Shown here piece after piece: positions 36,859 to 49,400 of a stretch of DNA of 60,885 nt; positions within the stretch are counted from its first letter, which is position 1; each line of letters opens with the position of its first letter. Location of the stretch: NCBI GenBank assembly GCA_010093745.1, contig MU005988.1, forward strand, positions 124,001-184,885, given 5' to 3'. The position numbers and the translations under genes were made by a program. Below the pieces are notes generated by a model. The model was not told where the DNA came from, did no database searches, and worked only from the letters and a program-made list of their open reading frames with translations. This stretch comes from Piedraia hortae CBS 480.64 (taxonomy: Eukaryota).

Positions 36859-37926
36859 ATGGCCCAGAACCCAACCTTCCGTGCATTGGGCCTTCCGAAA
36901 TTTCGACTTTGTCTCCCTTCCAGAAACTGGACGATATTCCTAACCGTTTCTGCTTCCTTCGGCGCAGCGGTGTCGTACGACAAATGGGCGACACGGAGGG
37001 TGCAAGCCAAATGGCGAGATCGCGTTTCGCATATCGCCCTTGAGCCCTTAGATTCGAGCATCCTACCTCGCAAAATTGGCGTATACATCGAGGCTCCCCC
37101 GGGAGATGGACTCCGCGCTGCGAGGGAATTTTTCCTCGATTATGTGAAGCCCGTTCTGACAGCGGGCGCGCTTGAATGGGAAGCGGTCGAGGGCAGGAAG
37201 GAAGGTGACGTCAGGTGGAAGTTGGCCGACCGAATCAGAATACAGCGGAGGAGGGACGAGAAAGGCCCAGACGCCGTGGAGTCCGACGAGAATGCGGTGC
37301 AGTTCGTGCGGGCAAAAAACGGGACGAAGACTTATCCCGGACCCGCCGGTGACTTGGTAATCGGTCGGCACACGTGGAAGGAATACATTCGGGGGCTACA
37401 CGAGGGCTGGCTGGGGCCCCTTGTCGCTCCGCCAAGCGAGACAACCAAGAGCGAAAGCGAAGGTTCAGCCCCGCGGAGCGAAACGCAGCAAGAGGGAAAC
37501 GAGACGACGCAAGAGAGCGAAGACAAACGACTCAAAGCAGGGCGGAAACCGTCTTCTATCAGCCCCGAAGACTACAGCGCCGCATCTCCACCTCAAGACA
37601 TCCCAGACCCGTTCAATCCCGTAGCCATAGTCCCGTATCCGCATTTGCTGGGGATACGAAACACGCCGTTCCGCATCTACCGATTCCTCACGCGGAGGTA
37701 TCTGGCCGATGAGATTGGGGGCATCGTGGCTGCCGCCGTGCTCGCCTCGAGACAGAGGCCGTTCCGGGAGGGGGAAATCGAACAAGTCTTGGAGAAAGAG
37801 GAGTGGGATTGGTGGAAAACAGCCTACCAACCGAGAAAGGAGGGGGAAGAAAAGGTGTGGGTAGAAGACGTGATCGTCGACGAGAGGATAGGCAGGAGGA
37901 TGCGGACTTGGGAAAGTGCAGATTAG
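36859..37926 (+). CDS. TIM54: Mitochondrial TIM22 complex subunit Tim54
   Basis: NPTFRALGLP..LPSRNWTIF, APPGDGL, VIGRHTWKEYIRGLHEGWLGPL motifs. Confidence 0.94.
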   Translation: MAQNPTFRALGLPKFRLCLPSRNWTIFLTVSASFGAAVSYDKWATRRVQAKWRDRVSHIALEPLDSSILPRKIGVYIEAPPGDGLRAAREFFLDYVKPVLTAGALEWEAVEGRKEGDVRWKLADRIRIQRRRDEKGPDAVESDENAVQFVRAKNGTKTYPGPAGDLVIGRHTWKEYIRGLHEGWLGPLVAPPSETTKSESEGSAPRSETQQEGNETTQESEDKRLKAGRKPSSISPEDYSAASPPQDIPDPFNPVAIVPYPHLLGIRNTPFRIYRFLTRRYLADEIGGIVAAAVLASRQRPFREGEIEQVLEKEEWDWWKTAYQPRKEGEEKVWVEDVIVDERIGRRMRTWESAD

Positions 37927-38085
37927 CGTCGTCGTGAGAGCGCGTGCGATAACAGTGTACAGCGTGTACAGTAATCTTTGCTCTCGTATTATTAATTCTT
38001 GTGATTATACAGGGTCGTGCGTCGTGAACAAAAACAAAAACATCAGGGCTGTGCTGTAAAACAAAACGCTTTCGTGTCCAGTCCA

Positions 38086-39855
38086 TTACACCAGGCAGAG
38101 AACGCCGAGGAAGATGAGCAAGAGGTGATAAATTGGAGGAATCGGCCGCGAGATAGCGGATCCGTGTTTGTGACCGTGGCCGTTGGAAGCGGTGGTGGTG
38201 GCCGCTTCGGTTGGAATGGTGGCCGTTGCAGTGGTCGGCATTGCCCTTCCGCCGATCGTGGTCGTGTAAATGCTAGTCATCACGACCGAGTCGCCTTTGA
38301 AGCGGTTCCCGCCAGTGTTGCAGAGCGTCGAGTCCTTGAGCGCATCGGCCGGGTAGAGCACGCGTGGGAGACCTCGTTGAATTCCCACGTTCAACGCCCC
38401 GGAAGAGTCGACGTTGAATTTGGCGCAGCCAACCACGTCCATGAGCGCGGTGCTCTGGCCGTAGCCGTGATCTGTGACGGACACTACCGTATCCGGAGCA
38501 TCGGCGCCGAGGTTATTGAGGACGGTGACGACGGGCGGCTGGCCCGAGCCTCCCTTGCGCAGCACCAAAGTGTGCTGGTCTTTCTGGACGACACTGGACT
38601 TCGTGGTAACGTATCCCGTGTCCTTGGACATTACGTGCCTACGGAACGTATTGAGCGTGGCCAAGAGCTGGTAGATGGGCGCGAACACGTTAAATCCGTC
38701 CCTCGTCTGCCACAGCGCCTCGCGGTTGGTGAAGGGCTCCACGCCGCCCGTAAAGTGCTGTTCCTGGCCCTGATAGACGACCGGGATGCCGTCGTACATG
38801 ATGACGCTGGCAGCGACGTTTTGGGCAAGCGAAAGATCGCGCGTGTGGTTCGCGAACCGCGGAACGTCGTGGTTCTCGCTGAACGTTGCCAACGCCGTCG
38901 TGTCCTTGCAGACCAGCTTTTGCTCGTTCATCATGTCGGCCAAGTTGTTCAGATCGCCGTCCGGCATGAAGGCATCCGTCAGGGTCCAGAACAGCGGATA
39001 GTTGAGGATGCTGCCGACCGTGTCCTGGTATTCACACGCCTCGCTGGCGTTGGACATGTAGACCTCGGCCGTGGAAAAGACGCCGGCGCTCTTGACGAAG
39101 CCGGTGAAGAAATCGGGCTCAACGTTGGCGCCGGCGTCGATGCGTAGGCCGTCGACGCTATAGTTGGCCACCATCCCGTGGATCCACTGCCCGAGCATGT
39201 CCCGCACCCCGTCGTCTTCCGTCTTCAGGTCCGGCAGCGGCACGTACTCGCTGCCCAGCCAACACTTCTCAAGCGCCGTGATGTTGTCGCCAGAATAGTC
39301 CATGGCGCAGTAGGGATGGAAGTACTTCTTATCGTCGAACGGGCTCAACACCGAGTAGTCGATTGAGCTGCGCTGGCCGGCGTACGCCATGTGGTTCGGG
39401 ACGACGTCCATCATCAGGAACATGTTGCGGTCGTGCAGCTCGCTGATCAGCTGGCGAAGATCGTCGGCCGAGCCGAACTTGTCGTTGAGGGCATAAAGAT
39501 CCTGCTGCCAATAGCCGGCATACGACGAACCGTCGCCCGTCAGCTGCTGCAGCTGGCCCACAACGGGAGAGATCCAGATGGCGTCGAAGTTCATGCCCTG
39601 GATGTAGTCCAGGTTCTGGATGATGCCCTGCCACGTCCCTCCGCAGTACGCGCCGGCGACGCTCTGGCACGCGGGTGCTGAACCAGGTACTGCTGAGTTT
39701 GCTGAACCATCGTCGGCCGCGAATCGGTCTGTCATTATCTGGTATATGGACCGCCTCCTCCACTCGTCAACCGAAGCCGCCGACGCCAGGGAACACAGGC
39801 AGAGTAGGAGCAGTGACGACGGTAGGGAGCCGAACTTCATGTTGCGAGGAAACAT
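38086..39855 (-). CDS. Secreted, probably GPI-anchored GH13_1 alpha-amylase / alpha-glucanotransferase (start 39855 or 39840)
   Basis: Signal peptide; WRRRSIYQIMTDRFA; catalytic regions DVVPNH, DGLRID, AEVY and FSENHD; Thr-rich linker and hydrophobic C-terminus. Confidence 0.9.
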   Translation of the reverse strand: MFPRNMKFGSLPSSLLLLCLCSLASAASVDEWRRRSIYQIMTDRFAADDGSANSAVPGSAPACQSVAGAYCGGTWQGIIQNLDYIQGMNFDAIWISPVVGQLQQLTGDGSSYAGYWQQDLYALNDKFGSADDLRQLISELHDRNMFLMMDVVPNHMAYAGQRSSIDYSVLSPFDDKKYFHPYCAMDYSGDNITALEKCWLGSEYVPLPDLKTEDDGVRDMLGQWIHGMVANYSVDGLRIDAGANVEPDFFTGFVKSAGVFSTAEVYMSNASEACEYQDTVGSILNYPLFWTLTDAFMPDGDLNNLADMMNEQKLVCKDTTALATFSENHDVPRFANHTRDLSLAQNVAASVIMYDGIPVVYQGQEQHFTGGVEPFTNREALWQTRDGFNVFAPIYQLLATLNTFRRHVMSKDTGYVTTKSSVVQKDQHTLVLRKGGSGQPPVVTVLNNLGADAPDTVVSVTDHGYGQSTALMDVVGCAKFNVDSSGALNVGIQRGLPRVLYPADALKDSTLCNTGGNRFKGDSVVMTSIYTTTIGGRAMPTTATATIPTEAATTTASNGHGHKHGSAISRPIPPIYHLLLIFLGVLCLV

Positions 39856-39890
39856 GTAGGGAACGCGTACGGTTATGGGGGACGGGGGAG

Positions 39891-40295
39891 NNNNNNNNNN
39901 NNNNNNNNNNNNNNNNNNNNNNNNNNNNNNNNNNNNNNNNNNNNNNNNNNNNNNNNNNNNNNNNNNNNNNNNNNNNNNNNNNNNNNNNNNNNNNNNNNNN
40001 NNNNNNNNNNNNNNNNNNNNNNNNNNNNNNNNNNNNNNNNNNNNNNNNNNNNNNNNNNNNNNNNNNNNNNNNNNNNNNNNNNNNNNNNNNNNNNNNNNNN
40101 NNNNNNNNNNNNNNNNNNNNNNNNNNNNNNNNNNNNNNNNNNNNNNNNNNNNNNNNNNNNNNNNNNNNNNNNNNNNNNNNNNNNNNNNNNNNNNNNNNNN
40201 NNNNNNNNNNNNNNNNNNNNNNNNNNNNNNNNNNNNNNNNNNNNNNNNNNNNNNNNNNNNNNNNNNNNNNNNNNNNNNNNNNNNNNNNNNNNNNN
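39891..40295. other. Assembly gap (405 N)
   Basis: Run of N characters. Confidence 1.
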
Positions 40296-40622
40296 CGTCC
40301 GCTTGCGGGCCGTCCCCGGCCGAACTCGCCGATCGCCAAACTCTGACGCGACTGCGCATCGGGACGAGGTTCCCGCTGCACCGGTAAAAGCTTGACCGAC
40401 TTTCGCTTTTTGTGCAACAGAGCCATCTCCACGTGCGTCGACGCGTTACACGTAGTAGACTGTTTTGCGTTGAATGCCGACATAAGGTGCTCGTTGCTCG
40501 TCCACGAGGGCAACCCCACCTTGATGCAGCCGACGACCGTCGTCGTGCATCGGACACACAGCCGGATGAATTCCAGATGGCCACTGTGTCTCGAAGGTAC
40601 GATGATACATGTATGATACAGT

Positions 40623-41219
40623 CTATCCCAACCGTCGCGGCCGCTTCCCTCTTGGTCCTCCCAGCTTGATTCTAGTCGCATCGATGACGGCGCTGATCGC
40701 TCCACGTATCCTCCGACCCTCGTCGCCCAACAAGACCTTGGTGACGGCCTCCCTGCCCTGTCCGAAGCCTCTGAACACCACCTCCAGCCGATGCATATCG
40801 CGTGCCAATCCTCGTTCGTGAATCTGCTTCATGACGTGTGCCGCCAGCTGATAGGCGGCATCGTAGGACCCGCGCCCAGACTTCTTGAAACCAATGTTGC
40901 CGGCCGACAGCGAAAGGAGGACGTCCTTCTTCCCTGACCCAGACCCGCCCGACAACAGCGTGGGCTGCGGAGGCTGGACAAAGGTTATGTGCGTATTGTG
41001 TTTGCTGGATAGGACGTGCAGACGATGTGGTTGGGTGGAATTTCGAGCCTGTATCCTCTGTACAACGTTGTCGTTGAGAAAAGACGGCGCTGTGGTGCCC
41101 TTGCCATTCATGGAGTCGAGCAGCGGCGTAGCTGAAGTGGTGTGGCCCGGGACGTTTTCATCTGCACAGGAGCGGGCAGATGAGGTTAAAGAGCGTATGA
41201 ATCTCATTGCTTTGGACAT
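40623..41219 (-). CDS. Mitochondrial small-subunit ribosomal protein uS11m (yeast Mrps18-like)
   Basis: HNTHITF, SAGNIGFKKS.RGSYDAAYQ, VFRGFGQGREA, DATRIKLGGPRGKRPRRL. Confidence 0.9.
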   Translation of the reverse strand: MSKAMRFIRSLTSSARSCADENVPGHTTSATPLLDSMNGKGTTAPSFLNDNVVQRIQARNSTQPHRLHVLSSKHNTHITFVQPPQPTLLSGGSGSGKKDVLLSLSAGNIGFKKSGRGSYDAAYQLAAHVMKQIHERGLARDMHRLEVVFRGFGQGREAVTKVLLGDEGRRIRGAISAVIDATRIKLGGPRGKRPRRLG

Positions 41220-41513
41220 TGTCGACGTGGTCGTTGGAGCTTGTCACCACAGGGTAGAGCCTTGACGCTTAACCTAATCTTGGTTAGCGTCCCCGCCCTG
41301 TCAACGCCTGACCGAATACGCCAGGCATCATTGGGCATACGCTGCCCTGCAGGTGCACCATATACGCAGAAGGCTCACGAGGCATTCGAGCGACTGACGC
41401 AAACCGAATCCCATTACGCTTGGGTGTCTTGCCGTTTGTCGTTGAGCGGCGGATCCGGGGAAACCGCCGTCGACCTTTATTTTTTTTTTTTCCCCCTCTG
41501 AAACCCGTACACA

Positions 41514-43064
41514 ATGACCTCCGCCTTCATCGCCACACTCCCCAGAGGCCTGCATGGCCGCACGGCAGCATACAGGCGGTTAGCGTCAGGTGCTCGGCGG
41601 CCGCCGTTCGTCTCGCCGCCGTTCCAGTCGGTGCGCGGCGTGTCCTTCAAAGAACTGCGCGAGGAACGGGCACGGCAAAGAGCATCCGAACCGGCCGGAG
41701 ACAAGCCAGCCCAGCCACAGACGCAAGAACAACCACGGCAACGGCCCCAAGAGACTCAAACGCATCAGGAAGAGCATGGAACGGACGAAGCGGACGAGAT
41801 TTTTGCCCGTATCAAGGCCGAGAGCGAGCAACATTGGCGGGAAGAGCAGACGTCAGAGGAAAGGACACAAGCGGACAATGGTAGAAAAGCAAAAGAGGGG
41901 GAACCGGAGGTATCGCCGTACGGCAACAAGTCGCCGCTGCAGGTCTTCCAGGATGTGCTGCGGGCGGAGTTCGAGAAGAGCAAGGAGTGGGAGGAGAGCA
42001 CGAAGAAGCTCAGCGGCAGCGTGCACACCTTTACCAGCAACCCCAACGTGCAGCGCGCGCGCAGCGCCTACAGCCACGCCATCGAGACGGCCAGCGCTGC
42101 CACGGGCAAGGCGTTTACGGGCACGGCCGACGCCGTCGGACGCGCGGCGGCGCGCACTTGGGAGACTCCCGTAGTTAAGGGCATCCGCCAAGGCGCCAAC
42201 GCCATGGGTGAGGGCATCGAAAAGGCCACGCGGCCCGTACGCGAGACCGAGGCGTACCGCGACGTGCAAAAGACCATCGACGACGGCTCATCACAGCGCT
42301 ATGGCGGATGGGTTGAGCGCGAAGAACGGCGCCGGCTGCGCGAGGCGCGCGACTCGAAGGCGCGTAAGGCCGTCGTAGCCGATCCCGACGCCGGCACCAG
42401 CGTTCAGCCGCACCGGGACGCGGCCTGGAAGGAGTCGTGGAACGAGTTCCGCACAAACTCGCCGCTGATGCAGCGGCTCGACGGTCTCAAATCCGTCTAC
42501 CGCGAGTCGGACAACGCGCTCATCAGCACGGCACGCTCCATCAGCGATCGCGTGTCGGGCTGGTTCGGCGAGAGTGAGACGGCGCGCGTCATCCGCAAGT
42601 TCCGCGAAATGGACGCCGGCTTCCAGCTGGAGCCCTTCCTCAACGACATGCGCTCTTACATACTGCCTGAGGTGCTCGAGGCATACGTAAAGGGCGATCT
42701 GGACACGCTGAAGCTGTGGCTCTCCCCCGCCCAGTTCCAGGTCTACCAGGCGCTTGCTGCCCAGTTCGACGAGGCAGGCCTGCGCTCAGACGGCCGCATC
42801 GTCGACATTCGCGGCGTCGACCTCCTTTCGGCTCGCATCCTTACCCCCGGCGATATCCCCGTCTTCGTCGTTACCTGCCGGACCCAAGAGGTCCACGTCT
42901 ACCGGAAGGGCAAGACCGGTGAGCTCGCCGCTGGCATGGAAGACCGCATCCAGCAGGTCACCTACGCCATCGGCGTCACCCGTGTGCCCGAGGAGGTCAA
43001 CGACGAGGAAACTGGCGGCTGGAAGTTTATCGAATTGCACAAGAGCGGGAGGGATTATATCTAG
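41514..43064 (+). CDS. TIM44: Mitochondrial import motor subunit Tim44
   Basis: Presequence; SQRYGGW; YILPEVLEAYVKGD..LKLWLS; CRTQEVHVYR Tim44 domain. Confidence 0.95.
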   Translation: MTSAFIATLPRGLHGRTAAYRRLASGARRPPFVSPPFQSVRGVSFKELREERARQRASEPAGDKPAQPQTQEQPRQRPQETQTHQEEHGTDEADEIFARIKAESEQHWREEQTSEERTQADNGRKAKEGEPEVSPYGNKSPLQVFQDVLRAEFEKSKEWEESTKKLSGSVHTFTSNPNVQRARSAYSHAIETASAATGKAFTGTADAVGRAAARTWETPVVKGIRQGANAMGEGIEKATRPVRETEAYRDVQKTIDDGSSQRYGGWVEREERRRLREARDSKARKAVVADPDAGTSVQPHRDAAWKESWNEFRTNSPLMQRLDGLKSVYRESDNALISTARSISDRVSGWFGESETARVIRKFREMDAGFQLEPFLNDMRSYILPEVLEAYVKGDLDTLKLWLSPAQFQVYQALAAQFDEAGLRSDGRIVDIRGVDLLSARILTPGDIPVFVVTCRTQEVHVYRKGKTGELAAGMEDRIQQVTYAIGVTRVPEEVNDEETGGWKFIELHKSGRDYI

Positions 43065-45815
43065 CCGTCGTACTCGGCCTTGTAGTTTTGCTGTACATTA
43101 GAATATGCCCATAGGACTCTACTCGCGTTCGGGCAGGCCACCTGAGACGCCTGTCCGCTGAACATGCCCATGCAGGCCCGGAACACCAGCCGCGACCTTC
43201 CGATTTCCGGCGGCAGTGAGGTAGTCTTGGCATTAATGATGCAAAGACCGTCCCAAACATTCTGTCCGAGATGTTGAAGGCTAAATGCAACGTTTGCAAG
43301 TTGCCTCAACGTTGATTTCCTGTATGGTCATTCATCTCATCCTTTTGTTCACGTCTCTAGTCCATTTTATCCCGAGTCCGTCATCAAACGAAGCGATTGC
43401 AACTCCAACTCAGCAATGGATTCCTTCCAGACGTACCCGTATCGCTGCTACCCAACATGATGCGGGACGTCCTTTTAAAATAGCGAGTCGCTTTTGAAAA
43501 CGATGTTTCTTGAAGGGTTTCGTCTCGACAAATATTCCAAGGCCTTGATTTCAGGACAAAGCATGAGTATATTCTAGTCCTGGGACACACTGCACCCTTG
43601 TTGGTCACCTTTTTAGGGACAAAGGGTAAAGGACATTGCCAGCCAATGTTCTCTTGAGTGAGCTGAGAGCCACCATTTATTCTACCCAAAGCTGAGCGAA
43701 GACTGCGGGTACACCCCGGAAATAATAACGGTCTTGATTAGTGTTTCCGGTGCTGCGAAGGGCATCTCAAATTAAAGTGGCCCAGTACCACGGCTCGGTG
43801 ATTACTACAATGGAGACGATTCCTCTGAAGACTTCAAAGCTAAAGTTACCAGCTCGGCAGCAGCTGATCGTGCGATAAAGCCCTGGCTTTATCGGTATGC
43901 CAGAAGGATCAAGCTCGTTTTGAAAGCGACGTCCGGAAAGTTGCCTCTCTGGATCTTGTTCACCTTCGACACCCAGAAGTCCATGGAGCACCCGCAAGGC
44001 AAAGTCAATCATCGTCCAGACCAATGTTGCCCTGATGTCTTGAACTGGTTAAACGGCAGGAGCGGTATGTCGGTCAGGATTCCAGGCCAGGCAGACAGAG
44101 AAAATACATGACGGAAGGTGGGCACCGTATATGTACCACGGTGGAGCTGGCCGAAGAAGTCAGTCCTTGACGGCCATGCGGCATCCAGAATGCCACATTG
44201 ACCCCGAAGAGTCTCGCCTCTTGAAACTTAGACACCTGAAAATGGCGCTACGAGCGCTACCACATCCTTAACACTTGTACTGTGGGCAGCGCTTCACAGT
44301 TGTTTTGGCTGTTGACCTGGTCTGCAGCTTTGGTCGAGGTATAAAAAATGGTCGCCTCAAGAATTCTATAGCTCCATCTATGATGAAGAGCACAACAAGG
44401 TTCGATCATTACGACGTACCAATATTCTCAGATAACCCCCATGCAGTGGGAATGACTCCTACCGGAAGCTGAATCAAACTCTGCAACCATAACAGTGTGA
44501 CACGCAGAAAGAACCGATGTGGGCCGTAACACCACATGACGGAATAATTGACACCCTTCCCGCTTCTCACGCCCACACGAGATCTCAGGGGAAACATATC
44601 GCCAAAATTTGGGCGTGACGGAAGGTACACAATCGCGTCGTGGTGAAGATGGTGTCCCTCCATATGGAAGGAAGCAGCGAGGTCTGAATGGTAAACCAAC
44701 GTATGAACTACCTCGCTCACAATACGGCAAATCTAGTACCGTCGTGTGGGTCGCATAGCCGGACGGAAGGACCCCACAATACAAAGAAAGTTGGGTAGAC
44801 GTGCAGTAAATAACAAATGGTCAATGGTCGAACATGTGTGGCCAAAAGCTCGGGAAACTAAAGTACGTACGACCGCGGAGCAAGGCCAAGGCGCCGTAAC
44901 TTCAAACTCCGAGGGTTCGTGTGATCGCTGAGAAGCAGGCAGTCGAAGCTCGGAGGGTTAAGACCGTTCGGAGAGTTACATATATATATACGGGCAGGAC
45001 ATGCCGGAGGAAAACCAACGTGATACTACGTGACTTTGACCGCTGCGTAGACGCCCTGTACAAGAGTCCACCACATCCGGAAGAAAAGTGCGTGGGAGAT
45101 AGCATTACCCAAACCAGACTGGTTGGACAGCTTATTATCGCCAGAAATAAGAAAATCCGACCGATCGACAGTTCACCTGCTGGGCGGACAAGGAGATCTG
45201 GTCGGCAAGCAGGAGCGACCGAATACATATAACTCAAAAGACCTTCAGGGACTGTGCCCGATGGAAAAATTTGCAGACACCGTGCCTGACCGAGCATGCC
45301 ACCGTGGCGGTAGTATAATGGCCCGTGGTTAAAATGAATCCGAGGGAAGGTCGCCGGTATCAGAATATCAACGTCCTATGGGTCTAGATTGCACCGCAGA
45401 AATAGGGATTCTGATTTGACAGGACATTGTAGCGCAGATCACGAAAACGACGAAATCGATCACGTACCCAACGGATCCGTGGGACGCGCAGCTTCTCATT
45501 AACCTTGTCCACGAAATGATAAAGCGGATCAGAATGGAGGCCGAGAAGCCCAGATGAAGATAGCGAAACGGATTGATTGGAAATTTGATCGTGATATGAC
45601 ATGAGCAGATGGGCAAAGAAGAGCAGAGCGAAACTCGCGAAAACTTGGAGGAGATGCAAAATCGTTCAAAAGCAATAATGCATCAAAACAGGAAAAGAGA
45701 ATCTCGCACGGCAAGACAAGGTTTTGACATGCATAAAAAGCTGGTCCCGCATCATATCTCCGGCATAAACCATAACATGTTGCGAACATAGGATCACACA
45801 ACGAATATGATTTTC

Positions 45816-45934
45816 CATCAAAGGGAACGAACTGATAGTGTGAGTACACTAAGACGTGAATAATTGTATAGTTAGGTATGCTGCATACAGGAGGGGACGT
45901 TGTTTATGGTCATCACGTGACACATCCTTCAACT
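45816..45934 (-). mobile_element. Family A element, copy 2
   Basis: Reverse-complement copy, 119 bp; TSD TTTTC (45811-45815 / 45935-45939); left terminus degenerate. Confidence 0.8.
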
Positions 45935-46499
45935 TTTTCTCGTGCTTCCCAAAATACACGCGGTATGACGACCGCATGATTGTGGGAAAATGAGGGACAA
46001 TGACGTTGACTATGAGAAGAGAGTTAACCAAAGGGTATAAAGTGAATTCACATGTTTTAGCGGTATTACACTGCCATCTCAGCCCCTCTCCGTCCTCGTA
46101 TGGTGAAAGCCCTGCACGCATTCCCTCGCATAGCCGCGTAGGTACAGTTGAAGGATATGTCACATGATGACCATGAAAAACGTTCCCTCATGTATGCAGT
46201 ATATATGACTATACTGTTCTAATAAGCAGCGACACCTCATAGGTCTTGGATTCAAGCATCGCCGCTATCGCGTATGCGGGGCACTTGCATAGCAGGTCAG
46301 CGATACCTCCTACACTACCAGCTGCACCCTAGGTTTTTTACTTGACAGAGTTTTTCCCTCAGTCTCATGTCATATGTAACATTGCGAATGGGCCCTGCTA
46401 GTGTACGACGTGAAGTCACCGGCCCACTGGTGCAGAATTTTTATTCTGAACGTCCCCTCATTTTGAGATATATAGTCATTCACACTGTCATATCAACAC

Positions 46500-49400
46500 T
46501 GTTGTGCAGGTCGCCACGGGGCGACCCGCAGGTGATGACCCACATCCCTGGCCAGGGTTCGAGTACTCAGAGATTTTCTGGTGTAGCTCTAGATACGCGT
46601 GTATACTGACACACCTGTGAGGTGCCGCTGCTTATTAGAACAGGTTATGAGCCCGGTGCTGTAGCACCATAAGTAGCAACGTGTCCGCAAGCCTTGCGAA
46701 GGCCAACGCAGCGATGGAACGCGACGATGAGGCCGTGCTGAAGAGGCGCATTGCGCCTGAGCTCACGGCTGGCAATCACCGCATTTGGTTCCACACAATC
46801 GAAGAGGCAATGGAAGCTAAGGGTATCGAGCAGGTCATAGGCGTTGACAGCCTGGAAACACTTATTGAGAAATTGCAAATTGAGGAAGCAGACGACAAGG
46901 CTGCGGCCGATGTCAAGCAAAAGGTTAAGCAGATGGACGCTAAGGCACGCCAGCTGATGCGTCGGCACCTTTCCGATTACGACTTGGAACTGCTCGACGA
47001 TTACAAGACGTCACGAGGGTGGTGGCAGCTCCTGCGTAAGAAGTACGGGCGGAAGACCATGGCTCAGAATCACGAAGCCATGGTTGCATATGTTAACTTT
47101 AAGATGACTCCGCAGATGAGCGTCGACGAGGGCTGGGCGACGCTTCGCTCGCTAGCCAAAGACGCTGAAGGCGTGGATGGCTTTAAGCATTCTGTTGCCT
47201 CAAGGGCTCGCCGTCTCATAGAAGCACTCCCATCGGAGTGTGATGCCACGAAAGATGTGTTGCGTGCCAGTGACTACGGCGCAGACGTAATTCTGGAGAA
47301 GATCAAGGAAAAGGAGGCAACGCTCAAGACCTCGAACGAGGAAGCCCTTGCTGCTCGGGTGTCGCGTGGCAAAGCCAAGCAGAAGTCCGAACCCCGCCGG
47401 CGTGGACGTGCTAAGCCTACTAAACAGCCCAACAATGCAAAGGTTTCGTGTTTCTTATGTGGCGAGCCCTCATCTTTTCCGCGATTGTGACTACCTCTCA
47501 CTGGCTAAGGATCTCATTGCTGAACACGCTGCGGGTGGAAAAGGTCGCAAGAAGAAAGCATCGCGAGCATACACTGCAGGCTCAGACGACGAGGAGCCAG
47601 AAACGGCCCATATTACGAAGGATGACATTTGTAAGGTCCCCCCCAACCAATGGGTCGCAGATACCGGCGCCTCATCTAACATGTCTGATGCTTACCATTT
47701 GTTCAGAAGTATGCGTCCTGTCAAGCGGCGTTGGATCTTGGTTGGTGGGGGGGAGCTAAGCTCGCGGACTATGTGCGATGTCATTATTTCGGGTGCCAAT
47801 GGTGGAAAGATGCTTTTGAAAGACGTATACCATGTCCCAAACCTCGGTGTGAACCTTATATCAGCCAGTAAACTGTGCAACTCCGGACATCGTGGTGCAT
47901 TTGACTCAGTACGATTGTCCCTTCTCGATGACCATGGACAACTGTTGTTGCAAGCTACTAAACAGGGAGGTGTTTACATCGTTGACTGGATCTCACAGTG
48001 TTCGCCTCGTGCCTTTTGCGCCAATGAAGATGTAGTCATGGGCAATGACAGTTCAACTGCAGACGTTTCGGCGGTAGACAATCCAGCTGCAGATGTTTCA
48101 ACCGCAGATGAATCAACTGCAGACGAGCAAGACTGCGAAGGCTCTGGAACGTCTGCGCAGCATTTGAATGAATCTGGCCAGGCAAAAAGACGTCACTATG
48201 AAAAATGGCACCGTCGTCTCGCTCACCTGGGCTCCAGCATACTTGGTAAACTCCACAAAATTGCCGACATCAAGAAGCCAATCTGTATTCCAAATGGCGA
48301 CGAGTGCGAACCCTGTCAGACCTGCATGTTGACAAAGGCCACAAACAGGACATCGAAAGCCCTTAGTGAGCGTCGGAGTGACGTTCTCGATCTGGTTCCG
48401 ATTGATCTCGGAGGCCTTGAAGAGCCCTCGATCAATGGGAATCGGCACTTCGTTCAAATAGTTGACAACTACTCCCGGAAGATCTGCGTAATTCCATTGC
48501 CAAGCCGCGAAGCTGCTGCCGCTACCTTGACCACATGGCGAAAATCGGTTGAATTAGAGACGTCTAGGCGTCTGAAAGCAGTCCGAAGCGACAATGCAAC
48601 AGAATTGGTTAAGTGGTTCAACGATTGGAAGACTAACAATGGTGTGCGCATGGAGCCGACAGTTCCCTATACATCCAACCAGAATGGGATTGCTGAACGT
48701 GCGATTCAAACGACGTGGGCGAATGTGCGTGCCATGTTAAAAGACAGTGGCCTCCCAAATGCACTGTGGGACTATGCTGCCCAAGTCCAAGCTTACGTTG
48801 GGAACCGGACTACGAATGGTCCAATTTCCAAAACAACAGGTCTAGAGATCAGCCCCGAGGAGGCATACTTAGGCCGGCGTCCCTCTCTTGAGCACCTTCG
48901 CCGCTTTGGTTGTGTTTGTTATTCATATGTTAACCCTAAATCTCTTCCCGGACGAAAAGGTAAACTGATGGATCGTGCTCGTCCTACAATTCTGATTGGA
49001 TTTAACGAAGCCACTGATCATCAGTATCTTGTTTGGGCTCCGGATAGGAAGGCGGCAATTCGAACTTCCGTTGTAAAGTGGAACGAATGGAAAAATTGGA
49101 CGGACGTGAAGCTCCCGCTAAATCTGCCATTGTCAACTAATGAAGTGCCAGTAAGGAATCCCAGGGGACGGTCTCGAATGGTGCCATCAGACAACCTCTT
49201 GGAGAGCAAGATCCCCGATGACGGCCCTGTCGATAGCCAACAGTTTGAGCCTGCAAACGAGCCGAATGAGGCGCCGGTGGTGCAGGAGATATCCGTGGAT
49301 CGCGAGTCTGAAACTTCGCGTGAGGAGCCCATAGTGTACTGTGGTAGCCCACCGACAAATGCATGCGATGCCAAGCACATCACCATTACTGATCCCACAG

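Noticed and set aside
38017..39147. 376-aa plus-strand ORF
   Set aside because: Antisense shadow of the GH13 gene.
39675..40705. ORFs spanning the N run, including an 832-aa extension of the amylase
   Set aside because: Artefacts of translating through the assembly gap; the amylase signal peptide starts at 39855 or 39840.
47455..47490. Possible programmed +1 frameshift between Copia gag and pol
   Set aside because: The shift falls inside the zinc knuckle, there is no Ty1-type CTTAGGC site, and the element carries other frameshifts and stops, so simple decay is more likely.
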